Below, one piece after another: positions 12,656 to 24,430 of a stretch of 64,000 nucleotides of DNA. Source of the stretch: Lytechinus pictus (lineage: Eukaryota); the NCBI RefSeq assembly GCF_037042905.1, contig NC_087248.1:3782001-3846000 (forward strand). The letters run 5' to 3'. Numbering within the stretch: position 1 is the first letter of the stretch; every line of letters starts with the position of its first letter. The notes under the pieces are model-generated. The model worked only from the letters and a program-made list of their open reading frames with translations. It ran no database searches and was not told the origin of the DNA. The position numbers and the translations under genes are program-made.

Positions 12656-15600
12656 CTGCAGGAGAGAAGAGGAGAACAAGAAAGGACAATAATTATTCGT
12701 CTCAAATCAGTGTTAAAATGATAGGATACGAAATAGGGACTACATGAGCCTGAACAGAATTCTCCAGTCGGACAATTTTCAAGGGAAATGTGGGTAAACA
12801 TTCGTTAAGGCTTGTTACAGAAATGTAGCTCAAAGCACTGTCTTATGGTCCTACCTGACTTAAAAGCCACACGAGACATTGTTGACATAGAATAAATTAA
12901 ATGATTGAAAAGTCCCTCAATTTGAACATGGGTTAGGCCCTAAATGTTTTTTTTTTCAAAACAAATCCATAATTCTCCTGAAGACGACAATAACACACTT
13001 GTCGAAACATCGAATTTGGGTGGTCCTTTTCAGGACCAACACTTGCCCAAGAAAGATACATGGTGTACCGTGAAACCTACTACACTAAATCCATAATTAC
13101 AACCCCGTTGTTAGCTTTGGTTAGTTTATTTCTCAAAATGACGTTATCGCCAATATTGTCCTTTGCAACCACATGATGTATTTTTAATCAAATGAACATT
13201 CCTAATATTGTGTCAATCTTTCTGCCGAAAATGTAGTTAAAAAAACTGACTAGGACTACAATGTAGAAAGTCATTGGTATGCCATCCGAACAAATCTGCA
13301 CAAAGAATAATACCAAAGTAAGGAAAGGCGAAGAAAATCGAAGAATTCACAAAGATCTATTACATTACTTCATGATTGTGAAAAATATATACATTCTATT
13401 GTTTTACCTGGAGTTGATGAATATGCCATGAGGAAATCACCTTCCACTGGGATTGTATAGAACATCTTCTGAGCAATAGCAGCATCAGGTTCATCGTCGC
13501 CCTCAACGGCAGGAGTACGAACACCGTGATCCATCTGCGTTCCTCGGCATGCCTAGACAGATTATAGGGGAAAATAGGAAATGTACCATTACAAAAAGAG
13601 ATCATTGTTAAACATAACAAGATATTTTGTTGTTGTTGTTTATCCACTGTCATTGTCCCAATGAACAATGGAACTTTATCTCCCCCTTACAACTGCCCTT
13701 TGATGTTGTCAATGATGTCCTTGGCAAGGCTGCCCGCTTAACTCTGAAGGTGCATGATTTGATTTCCATATATATTGGTCTTTTGTGCAAATAGTAGTGT
13801 ACAAAATAACAAAATAGTGTAATTACGGAAGTATAAATATCTTGACATTTCTAATCTGAATCGTCATCACGACTTATATCGAAGATTTCAAGTTTAAATA
13901 TGCGATTATATAGCTGAACGATCACAATCACTGTGGGTAAACGAGATAAGTCGCTTGTTGGTACGTATAGCAATGAAGTGAATAGGGTGAAAGGAGAAGA
14001 GAAATTACTGAATAAGAATCGCCTGAGGCGGACGACGGGACTGAGGGAGGGGAGGGGGGGGGGTATAGTCATGATGATGGGGGAAATGTAGAAATTTAGT
14101 GTGGATGCAAAGGTGTGCGTGCGTGATTGTACGCATGAAAATGGTGGGTGGTATGCAAAAGATTGGAGGAGATATGAAACTTACTAAACATAATTTTTCT
14201 TTGAAAGATGTGCCTGCGAGTTGATATTTAGATGAGGAAAAATGAAGAAACTTATTTTATCGTAAGGATTTTGTGTGGGTTTGTGTCTTAGGCATTTTTA
14301 ACGTGTGGGTGTGTAGGTGGGAAGGTGATAATGTGTTTATGTGTAAGTGACGTGGGTGTCGGCCAGGGGTAGATACACGCAATTGAAAGGTGGATAACTT
14401 ATGGTGTTTATAAGGGGGTATATGCGTGTGAGTGAGGGTCGGTGAGGGTGTGAGTTTTGCACGTGGCTCCATGTGTATGTTTGTATGTTGAGTGAGTGTG
14501 CAGGTGTACGTTGAGTGTGTGTGTGTGTAACATTGTAATGAATTGCATATTGTTAATGCATATGAATTGAGAATGTATTTATTAAAAGAACGATGTGGGG
14601 GTTAGTGTGTATGTGGGTGAGGGTGTGGGTGTATGCGCGTATCCTAATACAATATTAGGATGGAGTTAGAAAGTTGTGAGTGTGTGTGTGTGTTATGTGT
14701 TGGTTGATACGATATCGGATAAAGGAAATGCATTGGAGAAAGAGGAAGAAAGAGCATTGCATAATGGATTAGGAAAGATAACGAAAGAAATTATAATTTA
14801 TGGTTCCTCATCAGTTGCGTACTGGAGGGGGGGGGGGGGGATAAGGGGAGCACTAGGTCCGGGTGCCCTTTCATATAGCGTTAAAAATGAGGGAATTACA
14901 GAAACTAAGGGAAGAAAAAAAACGGGGAAAGGGAAGACCCCCCTTAAGATTAATGTCATGAAAAGCCATAGCATCTAATGCAGTATGAGAAAGAAGGGCT
15001 GTTTAAGACCCGCAGTTTAATAAGTGATGAAGATTGGATGATTCATTGTTTGCTACCATCATCGGAGGTCGGAAAGGCTAAATTCCCCCTTCCCCTTATT
15101 TCTATACACGCCACCGTGGTCCGTACAATAGTCAATGCAGAGATAAACTTACGTTTATAACCCATAATAGCATACACTGTTTATCGTGACAGAAACAAAT
15201 TTTATCCACAGTTCCGCATCTCAAGGATTCTTGATCACCATCACAAAATGTCAATGACTTTGCTCCGTAATTAAGAGCTCTCCTTTAGGCATTTTGCTTC
15301 CCTTCTCGCGGTTTATTACGCGACAATTATGTTGATTCATTTTTTACGCAGTCAATTGCCCTGCACTGAATCAAAATACTTGTATTCCGTAAGAAACACA
15401 TTGGAAACTAGAAGGTTTCAATCCTTCTTCGTGAATCAAACACATATGCCATTGAATGATACAAACTATGACCTCTCAAAAATGTCATGGCGTCAGTGCC
15501 TTAGCCTTTTCCTGCCCGGCCACTTTAATTGATTTGAAAATTTGAAATTATGTTTTGATCATTTGCTTTGTAATTACATTCTAATTCACATTATTGTAAA

Positions 15601-18600
15601 TTAGTCCTTATAGCTTTGCTGCTGCATGGTCATTATTTATATTTACACTCATATACCAATAAAGGAATAGATAAGATATCTTTCAGGTATCTCCTCCACC
15701 CTTCTCCTATCACAAACATAAACCTACACATGGATAAGACTTTAACTCAATCGGGCAACGGGGTAGCGGTCGTTCATGTTTACATGCTTTTAATTTGTCA
15801 GCCGTCTGAACGTGAAATTGAAAATTAGTCTTTACCTGTATAAAGAACAGCTTAGGTTTGCCAACGAGTGTTGGACACATAATGCCCTTGAATCGGAAGG
15901 CCAATTCGTCAACTGCTACTGTGCCATCTTTACAGTATAGGGCGCCATCTTCCCCGTGGCTCATGACGATAAAAAGTAGGCAATCATCACTGCTAAAGTC
16001 TTCATTGCTGACTGAAGTAAGACAAAGCAAGAAAGAATGTCACATTGCACTTTATTAATTCTACTTTATGAATGTTGCACACAAAAAAATACTTCTGATG
16101 ATTGCGGTTCTAAAATACAAGGGTCTCTTTAACTTTTGAGTCAATCCTCAATGAAGACTATACGTCACAGTAAACAAGGAGCATCCATACGGTATTGGCA
16201 AGGTATGCTTCCGTCTAACGCGGTATGTTTGCAAAGCAAATAAAAAATAAGAACTTCCTTTGGTTTTAGAGTGTTTGGAAACTCATGGCACAAATCATGA
16301 TGAGGTTCATCTGATACTTTTCGACGCAACTGCTACTATTTGTTGAATAATAATTGATATATAGTATAAAGGCCTTCAGAAGTGTCTTTTCCCAGAGTCA
16401 ACTTACGTTCAAAAAGAAGTTTTCTAAATTCGGCTACCGTCAAATCACTATGAGCCTTCGTTCGGAATCCAAGATGGCAAAACACTCTGTCAAGTCCTTC
16501 CAAGTCCGGGTCGGTTCCTTCCCGGTTTGACATGCCAGTTATTGGATCGAAACGGGTCTGGTTGACGATAACCGCCTTCCCTCGACTCGGATAGTCCATC
16601 TTATAAACGACTGGCTGAACACTACTCTTGATGTTAAGTTTCTGAAGCTGTTGTAAAGTGTGTGAAATGTCACCGTTAGGCATTCTGTAGGAAGAAACAT
16701 AAAGATGAACCACTCATTTTATTTTACAGGACTGGTTGCCTAACTAGTCCACGTGGCTCATCAGTAGCGAAGGTTGGAGGGTGTGAATTTATAGATAATC
16801 TTCTTCCGACTAACTACCATATTCATGCATCTATGAGTAGGGAGTAGGGGGAAACACTGTGAATGCAATTAAGAGATCAAAATTTCAATTTACCTCACTT
16901 TCTCAGGTGAACTATTTTTCTCGGATGATCTGTCACTGGCCAGAATGGCTGCCCTACTCGGACGTTGACGTTTTCCGATGCCGACATCGCGATGGTCCCC
17001 GATCTCAACCACGTCGTACCCATCACATATACTGTCCATCGTCATCATGTCTGAGTCGACAGTAAGTCGGTCCGAATCGAAGTCGAAGTTCTCGTTGATG
17101 TCGAAAGCGGGTTCTTCCTCCTCTCCTCGCATTCCAGCGTAATCCTCACCAAAGTCGTGACTTAGACCAGCTGAGATTCTACTCATACTAGTGGAATGTC
17201 CTGCAAGACAACAGTAGTTCAAGTAAAACTTGACATTAGTATTGTAACTTGGACAGAAGCTATATGCCTTCCGTTATTGAGTCGAATGTACTGGCTTTAA
17301 TTGATAATGTTTATGATACTCAGCTCATTCCCCACAAAAGAAGACACATATATAAAGAATATACATAATAAACATTAGAATTCTTCGAAAAAGTAAGCTT
17401 CAGACATCCAGTTTACTTCAAGGCTGTCAGAACAGGATATGACATCATACAAACGACAAAGCAATGAGAAATCCTAAACAAACCTCACCACGCTATGTAA
17501 ATAAAAGTTCCTAAGAATATTACCAATATCGTTATTCAAGTTTTTAAATTCTAACGACAGAGTGCAATATTACCAACACCAAAAGACTAAAAGTCCTCGC
17601 CAAAGTATAACATGGTCGAAATATCTACGTTGTTTAATGTAGTAATGGTCTATAGTCAATTTACATGACGAAATAAAACACCGTATCCTTATATTTGCAG
17701 GTATTTTTCAGCTTACCAATAACTCTTTGCTTTATTTTCACGAGCATGATAAGTCTTCTCAAATTACATACATGTAGCACTTGGGGCCCGCTGTGTATTA
17801 TTTATGGTAAGTCTGATTTACATGTCATTGGAGAATTCGAGACAATCAATTCATGAAACTGACCTAATTAAAATGGGAAAGGGGTGAATAGATGAAACAA
17901 ATAGATGGATAAATAAAATAGATAAATACTCAAATATATAGAAAAGCATAATGAGAAAGAGTGTAAATTATAAACAAGAGGTACAGTTAATCAAGCTTCA
18001 ATGCTCAATTATGAGCCATGCATTATATGCGTGGCAGGTAGAGATTTCTGCACGAAACTCTGCCCAAATTTTTTGACCAGTGTGTTGGCTCAGTTGGTAT
18101 AGAGTGTCCGTCTCACAACCGGGAGGTCGGGAGTTCAAACTCCGGCCGCGTCGGACCAAAAGACGTTAAAAGATGGGAGTTGCTGCTACCCTGCTTTTGG
18201 CGTTCAATAATTAAAGGGATAGAGCCTCGTCGATCTGGCGCTGCACAGCGGCTGCCGGGCCCACGATCAATTGGGCAAAACAAATTTTCGGAGTACTTCA
18301 TTTCTATTTCGAGCAATGAAATGTGGATTTAAAAAAAAATTATTATGTATGATAGGATTATATTATAAGAGGCTTAAATGTATGAAATGAACGGCTGTAC
18401 ATGAATGATGTATCGACTTTCTACAATCATTATCAGGGACATATGCAAAAATCTTTGAAAGTAGCTTTATCTGATTATCTCTCTGTAATAATTAATAGGG
18501 CAAAGTTCATATTACTGCTTACTTTATTTGAAGTTTGTAAACAAACATTCATGCAGATCAACCTACTTCAATACGATCTCGGGCGAATGTTTTTTGTAAT

Positions 18601-21600
18601 CGTTATCAAAAGATACCACGCATTGAGCTGGCACTGGTAGTCAACGCAGGCTATATACTAATATAAATCTACAGTATTAGCTTAAGTTTACCCTAGTAAT
18701 TGAGATGAATATACATAGACATAGCTATTCATCGTTGCTCATTCACATTCCTTCTGTGTTCTAAATAAGCAACAAATTTCTAAGTAAAGAAGCATTTGTG
18801 CTGACTTTATCGGCATCATTTATCCCCACAGACAAAATTGTTGAATACAACCCTTCAATAGAGATAGCGATGTTTAACGTGTTTAAGGGCGAATCAGGGA
18901 ATGAAATACGTTTAATAGCATCGTATATTTTCAAATGCAACGCTCACAAATGCTTCAATCCGAATCATACTACTTATCTGTCATTTGATTTGCAAAATGG
19001 ATCGTACGGATTGTGGCTCCCTCGCCAATTCCGTTTCCAATTCCAGAACAGAAGTCAATGGCGCCACGGTTTTATTAAGTTCAAACCATTGTGCTAATAC
19101 TATACAACTCTGTACTTCAAAGAGGGTTATGAGTTATAAAAGGATGCACTGGGATGAGTGTGTCTGCTGTGTGTGTGTGTGCGCATGTGTGAGGGACAAC
19201 TGGTGTGTATATGGGTTCCTGTATCTGGCTCTTACCCATTAATCTTTCTGCATCTCAGTCTACCAACCACACACCCACACACACATTGAGTGTGGGCGTG
19301 GGTGGTAGGAAAAGTTAGAGAAATAAGAGAGATTGGGGAAATGAGAGAAGAAAGAAAGATTCGAAAGAGAGATGGAGAAAGCGTACAGAGACAAGGTTAG
19401 AGAGAGACGGAAATGGAGGTAATAAGAAAGATTGTGGAAATTGGGACAAGAAAACGATCTTAATGTAATGAATCCATTTTAAATGGAGATTCGTGAATTA
19501 CAATAATGGATATGCATGGAGAGGTATTTTTTTCAGGAAATGACCAAATGCAAAAGAAATGATAGAAATATGTTTGAACCGATCGGTTTTAAAATACATT
19601 TTTTGTTTTTGTTTTTAATTCCCTGTCTCATTGAGAACATTTCGTTTAAAAAGAACAAGTGGAAAGTATACCTTTTAGAGCATGAACACATTCGGAAAAT
19701 ATCAAACTTTGGAGCATACAGCCTCATTGTTATTTATAGTAAAATGTTGTTTTTAAATAATGAAAGTGATCCCCTATAATGTTCCCCCGTCTGTACTCTG
19801 TGAACTCTGGTTAGATACTCAGACAGTGTCGTCTGCAGATAAATCGAGAAAGCACATAAATATATAGGACCTATTCAGGGTAGAGATTTGTTATTGAGAT
19901 GATGATAGTTATATCGATAATGACTTGAAATACTTATGCTGTCAGCTTGTTTATATCAGCTCTTCATAGGTTATACGCGTGCAACATATTATACAGGAAG
20001 CGTTTCATGTGATAGTTTGTCTCCGATTTTCACTGAAAACAGTTGCGCTGGCTAAGCCAATCAAAATAATTTAAGGATTTTAGTAGCTTATAACAGCATA
20101 CGANNNNNNNNNNNNNNNNNNNNNNNNNNNNNNNNNNNNNNNNNNNNNNNNNNNNNNNNNNNNNNNNNNNNNNNNNNNNNNNNNNNNNNNNNNNNNNNNN
20201 NNNNNNNNNNNNNNNNNNNNNNNNNNNNNNNNNNNNNNNNNNNNNNNNNNNNNNNNNNNNNNNNNNNNNNNNNNNNNNNNNNNNNNNNNNNNNNNNNNNN
20301 NNNNNNNNNNNNNNNNNNNNNNNNNNNNNNNNNNNNNNNNNNNNNNNNNNNNNNNNNNNNNNNNNNNNNNNNNNNNNNNNNNNNNNNNNNNNNNNNNNNN
20401 NNNNNNNNNTTTGGCAAAAGGAAAATCCAAAGACCCATCGACCGATATCCAGAGATAGCCAAAAGGACTTGTGAGATTAAACAAAATTTTAAAATATAAA
20501 AACTCAGCTAGTATTTAGGAAACTTTCGGCGTGGCTTTTGTTCATTTTCTCTCAAATCACATTGTTGTTTATGCTGCTTTGGCATTTAGTAAGCAGGCTT
20601 TCAGTTTTAAAGTTCTTGCAATTTTCAGATCTTGTTATTTTGGATATAAAGGGGCGGATCCGAGGGGTCGAACGGAACTTGCCCCCTCAAGTTTTTTTTC
20701 TGCCCTCTCCCCCTAAGTTACAGACACTACAATTTTTATTCCACGGTGTTTGACATTCAACTAATACATCACATATCATCGATGCTATTCATCCTAAAAA
20801 TTCACATACATTGTGCCTTAAAGAAAACCCTTTTCAACGGGCAACTGACAAAAAAAAGTAAAGCAAACTTTAAAAAAAAATACGCGCATTCGGTCCTCTT
20901 TCAAGTATTATTCGTAGTTCCATTCTGCGCATGATCAGAAGAAGGTCATTTTAAAATCAAATGGCATGGTGGTTTAACTCTTATAATATTCAATGAGACA
21001 AGCACCAGCTTTGATTCATATAGTCTGTTGAATGTTGATTCATTAGATCCACTGGAAAAGAACAATGCTTCAATTAGATACTGGTATTTAACAGTTGGCC
21101 AAGTAAGTTGTAATAACATCATTCAAATTCAAAGTATACATGCAACAGAGAGTTCGTTGATGTGCTATTCTAGACAAGTCACCTGGTCTATGCAATATCT
21201 GCATACTGCTATGTCAGGTGTGCTAACGTAATCTCTTGCTTTGGAAGTTGCCTATCATTATGAAAGAAAAGAATGTTATTTGAGAAAAAAACTTGCCCCT
21301 GACGTAACTTCGAGTTACTCCTCAATTTATTCGTGTGTTTCGCACAACATTCGGCAATGTTTTATTTTTGCGACCTTACTTTGACATGTTTGATGTTGAT
21401 TCATTGAAACAATTTGCATGTCTGCAAGTAAATGTATTTGTCCACTATGATTCAAATGGCCGAATATGGCTTAAAGTTGTAGTCATAGGGTATGAAGAGA
21501 TTTTACACTCAGTGCACATACTATGACCATGTAATATCCGTTATGAAATGTATGTATATGTAAGGCCTACTGGTGTTTGTATTTGCATGGCGCGCAGGAT

Positions 21601-23475
21601 ACATGGTCTTATCATATTTTATCAAAGTCTGATGACAAAGGAGACTTTGGTATCTATTTCAGTTTTTTACCGTCAGGCCTACTATCATGACTAATTGACT
21701 TTTGTCACGATTCATCGAGAGAGGAGATTAATTTCTTGAAATTGAAAAACGGAATTGGAAAATAATCGTTGAATATTGTATGATCTGTTTAAAGGCCGAA
21801 TGCAATCATCTTTGTACTCTTATAGATTAAAGGAAATTCCTACACATATGCAAAGCTATCTGAAAGGGGAAAAGAAGCCAGGAAAATTGAAGGTTTGAAC
21901 AAAACAAGACAATAAATCATAGGTAAATTAAGAATCTTAAGAGTTGTAAAAAGTTATATGCTCCATATGGGATTATTTTTATATTAGCCACATGAGTGAT
22001 GTCACAGTGATATAGGGAAGGGACGATTCTTCTATTATTTTGCTCCAACACACACACAAAAAAAAAATCATCATTTCAAAACTGTCACGCATAATGGTAT
22101 ATTTCTTTTATGAGAGAATATGGTAATCTGTTAATATATTTGATTACCGTCCAGAGGTAATATGTACTCTGAAGAAAACAAAATCACAAAATTGAAATTA
22201 AGTGAATGGCAAATACGAGAGTAGTCCAGACCACTTGTTGCATATTTATATAGTTAGTGATCACATTGTTTAAGAGCGTAATCTTTTCATTCCTAGCCCT
22301 GATTCTTTCACACTTTCAACATTCAGTTTTCCTTATTTTTTCTCTCTTTATTACGGCCAAGGTTGGATTCTATGTAACTATACCTGTAAAATATATCTTA
22401 AAATTTGTTCAGTGTATTTGTGGCTTATCAGGGGAGCGTGGGTGCGTCGTGGTCTAGCGGTTACGAATCTCGTCTATCAATCTGAGGGACGTGGGTTCGA
22501 ATCCCAGCCATGGCGTGTTTTCCTTTAGCAAGAAATTTATCCTCTTTGTGCTGCACTCAACCCAGGTTAGGTGAACGGGTACCCAGCAGGATGAATTCCT
22601 TGAATTCACCAAGCGCCTTTAGCAGCTGGAACTACAGCCGGTGTAATTAATAGTGCGCCGTGGCCGAGTGGTCTAAGGCGCCTGGCTATACATGGAAAGT
22701 CCGGGGTTCGATCCCCGGCCGCGGCACCTCTGCCCGTGAGTAAGGCATTCAATCTTTAATGCTCTTTTATCCTGCTTTCAAATAAATGAAAATGCTAAAT
22801 GTATTATTGGTAATTAGGTGTGCACTTGTTTATATAAATATAAATAAATAAATGAATATATATATACATATAGTGCACCCTTGAACAAGTAACTAGATAA
22901 TCTGCGCCGCATAAATGCTATATTATTATGCACTATAGGCATTTTTTGACTACTCTCACGCATTTATCCAGTTTGCTTCCATTTTCATTACGTAATTTAA
23001 TTTCCAGTGGTGGTATATATCGATACAAATAACGTGGGTATAGGAATTAAAAATTACCCTCATGTGTTGTATTGTAAAATATAAATAATCATCATTTAGT
23101 CCTTAAATCACACGGAGATGTAGCTCAGCACATTGTCACAAGTATTCGGCCAATGAGAAGATGGAGTATTGTAAAGGAAGACATATTGCGCTTCATTAAA
23201 CGAAATTGACGTCAATAAAAAGTAGTGGTTGTGCCGATCATAAAATAATAAGCAGTCAGAATTTCAAAGTATATTGTAGCAAAAAAAGCTTATCGAAATT
23301 ATTGATCATGATTGTTAACTTCCTTACCGTCCACCGAATCGTCATCGCGATCGTTCGAACCTTTACTTCCTTCCATAGCAGACGACATCGAATATGTCTT
23401 CTTTCGCAATTTCCAGTCTGTCTCCTCACACTGTTCTTCAACTAAATGATGATTTGATGACATCTTCGACCCCAT
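12417..23475 (-). CDS. Caspase-3/7-like cysteine protease, six coding exons, 430 aa: complement(join(12417..12655,13408..13552,15836..16011,16407..16684,16894..17200,23328..23475))
   Basis: All introns are GT-AG with matching phases; 1293 nt in total. Motifs: YKMDYPSRGKAVIVN, REGT, MSHG (catalytic His), KPKLFFIQ|ACRG (catalytic Cys), DFLMAYSSTPGYYSWR, GSWFIQ, KQMP..VSTLTKELYF. Confidence 0.93.
12975..13086 (+). mobile_element. Short Penelope-like (or Ngaro-like) terminal fragment with hammerhead-like core
   Basis: 12-bp direct repeat aaatccataatt at 12963-12974 and 13087-13098. Begins ctcCTGAAGAc-gacaa-taacacac-ttgtc-GAAAc. Confidence 0.6.
13408..13552 (-). CDS. Caspase exon 5 (ACRG active site, linker)
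   Basis: ctgtctag|GCA TGC CGA GGA ... CCA G|gtaaaa; reads ACRGTQMDHGVRTPAVEGDDEPDAAIAQKMFYTIPVEGDFLMAYSSTP. This frame is absent from the ORF track. Confidence 0.96.
14100..14700. repeat. Degenerate (GT)-rich low-complexity tract in caspase intron
   Basis: Many gtgtg/gtgggt runs. Confidence 0.7.
15836..16011 (-). CDS. Caspase exon 4 (SHG catalytic His)
   Basis: ttacttcag| ... ATA CAG|gtaaag; reads SNEDFSSDDCLLFIVMSHGEDG...KPKLFFIQ. Confidence 0.96.
16407..16684 (-). CDS. Caspase exon 3 (start of large subunit)
   Basis: cctacag| ... GAA C|gtaagt; includes YKMDYPSRGKAVIVNQTRF...REGTDPD. Confidence 0.95.
16894..17200 (-). CDS. Caspase exon 2 (acidic prodomain)
   Basis: tcttgcag|GA CAT ... 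GTG AG|gtaaat. Open and in phase with both neighbouring exons. Confidence 0.88.
18075..18340 (+). mobile_element. tRNA-derived SINE
   Basis: A box TGGCTCAGTTGG (18086-18097), B box GAGTTCAAACTC (18131-18142), then a non-tRNA body and an A-rich tail. Confidence 0.85.
20104..20409. other. Assembly gap
   Basis: Run of N. Confidence 1.
21827..22380. mobile_element. Old degenerate TTAA/Kolobok-like MITE, resembles the 32211 family
   Basis: ttaaagg start and the shared internal motif tgagtgatgtca; the right end is eroded. Confidence 0.35.
22431..22929 (+). mobile_element. tRNA-derived SINE with conserved central domain, interrupted by a second SINE
   Basis: A box TGGTCTAGCGG, B box GGTTCGAATCC, a tcctttagcaag...ctcaacccagg...gggtacc core and an ataaatgctatattattat tail. 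Confidence 0.8.
22657..22869 (+). mobile_element. Nested tRNA-derived SINE
   Basis: A box TGGCCGAGTGG, B box GGTTCGATCCC and an (ataa/ta)n tail. Flanked by the direct repeat atagtgc (22650-22656, 22870-22876). Confidence 0.82.
23328..23475 (-). CDS. Caspase exon 1 (N-terminus MGSKMSSN...DRDDDSVD)
   Basis: atcATGG strong Kozak context after an in-frame TAA. Ends GAC G|gtaagg, phase 1, matching exon 2. DSVD resembles the caspase-7 propeptide site. Alternative in-frame ATGs at 23463, 23388 and 17186. Confidence 0.75.
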
Positions 23476-23800
23476 GATAACTTATTTGGTAATATTCCAC
23501 TTAAGCACGCAATATTTATCAGATTAAAGTATTTGTCCACAAAGTAAACGATTAACACCCAAAGTAAATACACACATCGGCTTAGCGGAGAGAAGTGTTT
23601 GTATCCGAGAATGCGGGGAAAAACCAGTGAGTTATCCCCAAGTGTTGATTCCCCGCATCGAATGAAACCAATCGTTTGCTGAGTGGATGTACCGATAGCT
23701 TGTACGTGCATTTTGTCGTCTGCTCGTGACGATGACTTTGTGTCGATAATGCTTTCTCTTGTTGGGTTGTTCGCGCGCAAAAGCGGCACGAGCGATGTAC

Positions 23801-23806
23801 TATATA
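23801..23806 (-). promoter_or_regulatory. Candidate TATA-like element for the caspase gene
   Basis: TATATA at the edge of a CpG-rich stretch about 330 nt upstream of the ATG. Confidence 0.3.
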
Positions 23807-24289
23807 TGTATACGTAATGACATGATTTAGGGCAGTCCTCTACAATAATCACAAGAAAAATATGTTAAACGGGAATCCATCTAATTTAATCTAATAAACC
23901 CACTGAAAAGTCCCCGAAAAAAAATTTCAAATACTTCACGAATCGTGTTTTGCTTTGGTCGTATTTTTGCTAAATTCTTATATTACGATAAACACCATTT
24001 CTTGTTAGTTTACCTGTAAGGGCCTGTAAGTCATATTTGTGTGTTTGACAATATAATAAATTATAGATGGTTTAGAAGAAATGTCACAACCCATTTAAGA
24101 AGTTTGTGGACTTTTCATCTCAGTTTCCAAATGCAGGGTATTGGTAGAAAGTAGACGATTCGGGTGTATGCGGGTGTGTGTTTTAGTTTTCAAATGCAAG
24201 GAATTAATATAATAATTGGAGATTAAAGTGTGTGTTGTGGGTGTGTTTTATAAACATAACTCACAGATAGAAACCAACTAACTATATTT

Positions 24290-24430
24290 CGTCTCTCTCT
24301 CTCTTTGTTATCCTTCAACTCTCTCCTACTCTCTCTTTCCCTCTATCTTCTTTCATTCTTCAAGTATTTCCCTAATATATCCTTTCTCTCTCTCTCCCTC
24401 TCTCTCTCTCTCTCTCACTTTCTCTCTTCA
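24290..24430. repeat. (CT)n pyrimidine-rich microsatellite
   Basis: Seen directly in the sequence. Confidence 0.85.

Noticed and set aside
18690-19100. Possible alternative caspase exon
   Set aside because: A donor-like site exists, but no open frame of matching phase was found.
18075-22730. tRNA genes at 18075, 22431 and 22657
   Set aside because: A/B boxes are present, but the cloverleaf is poor and each continues into a SINE body and tail.
23610-23920. NF-kB-like and p53-like sites near the caspase start
   Set aside because: All are imperfect matches expected by chance.
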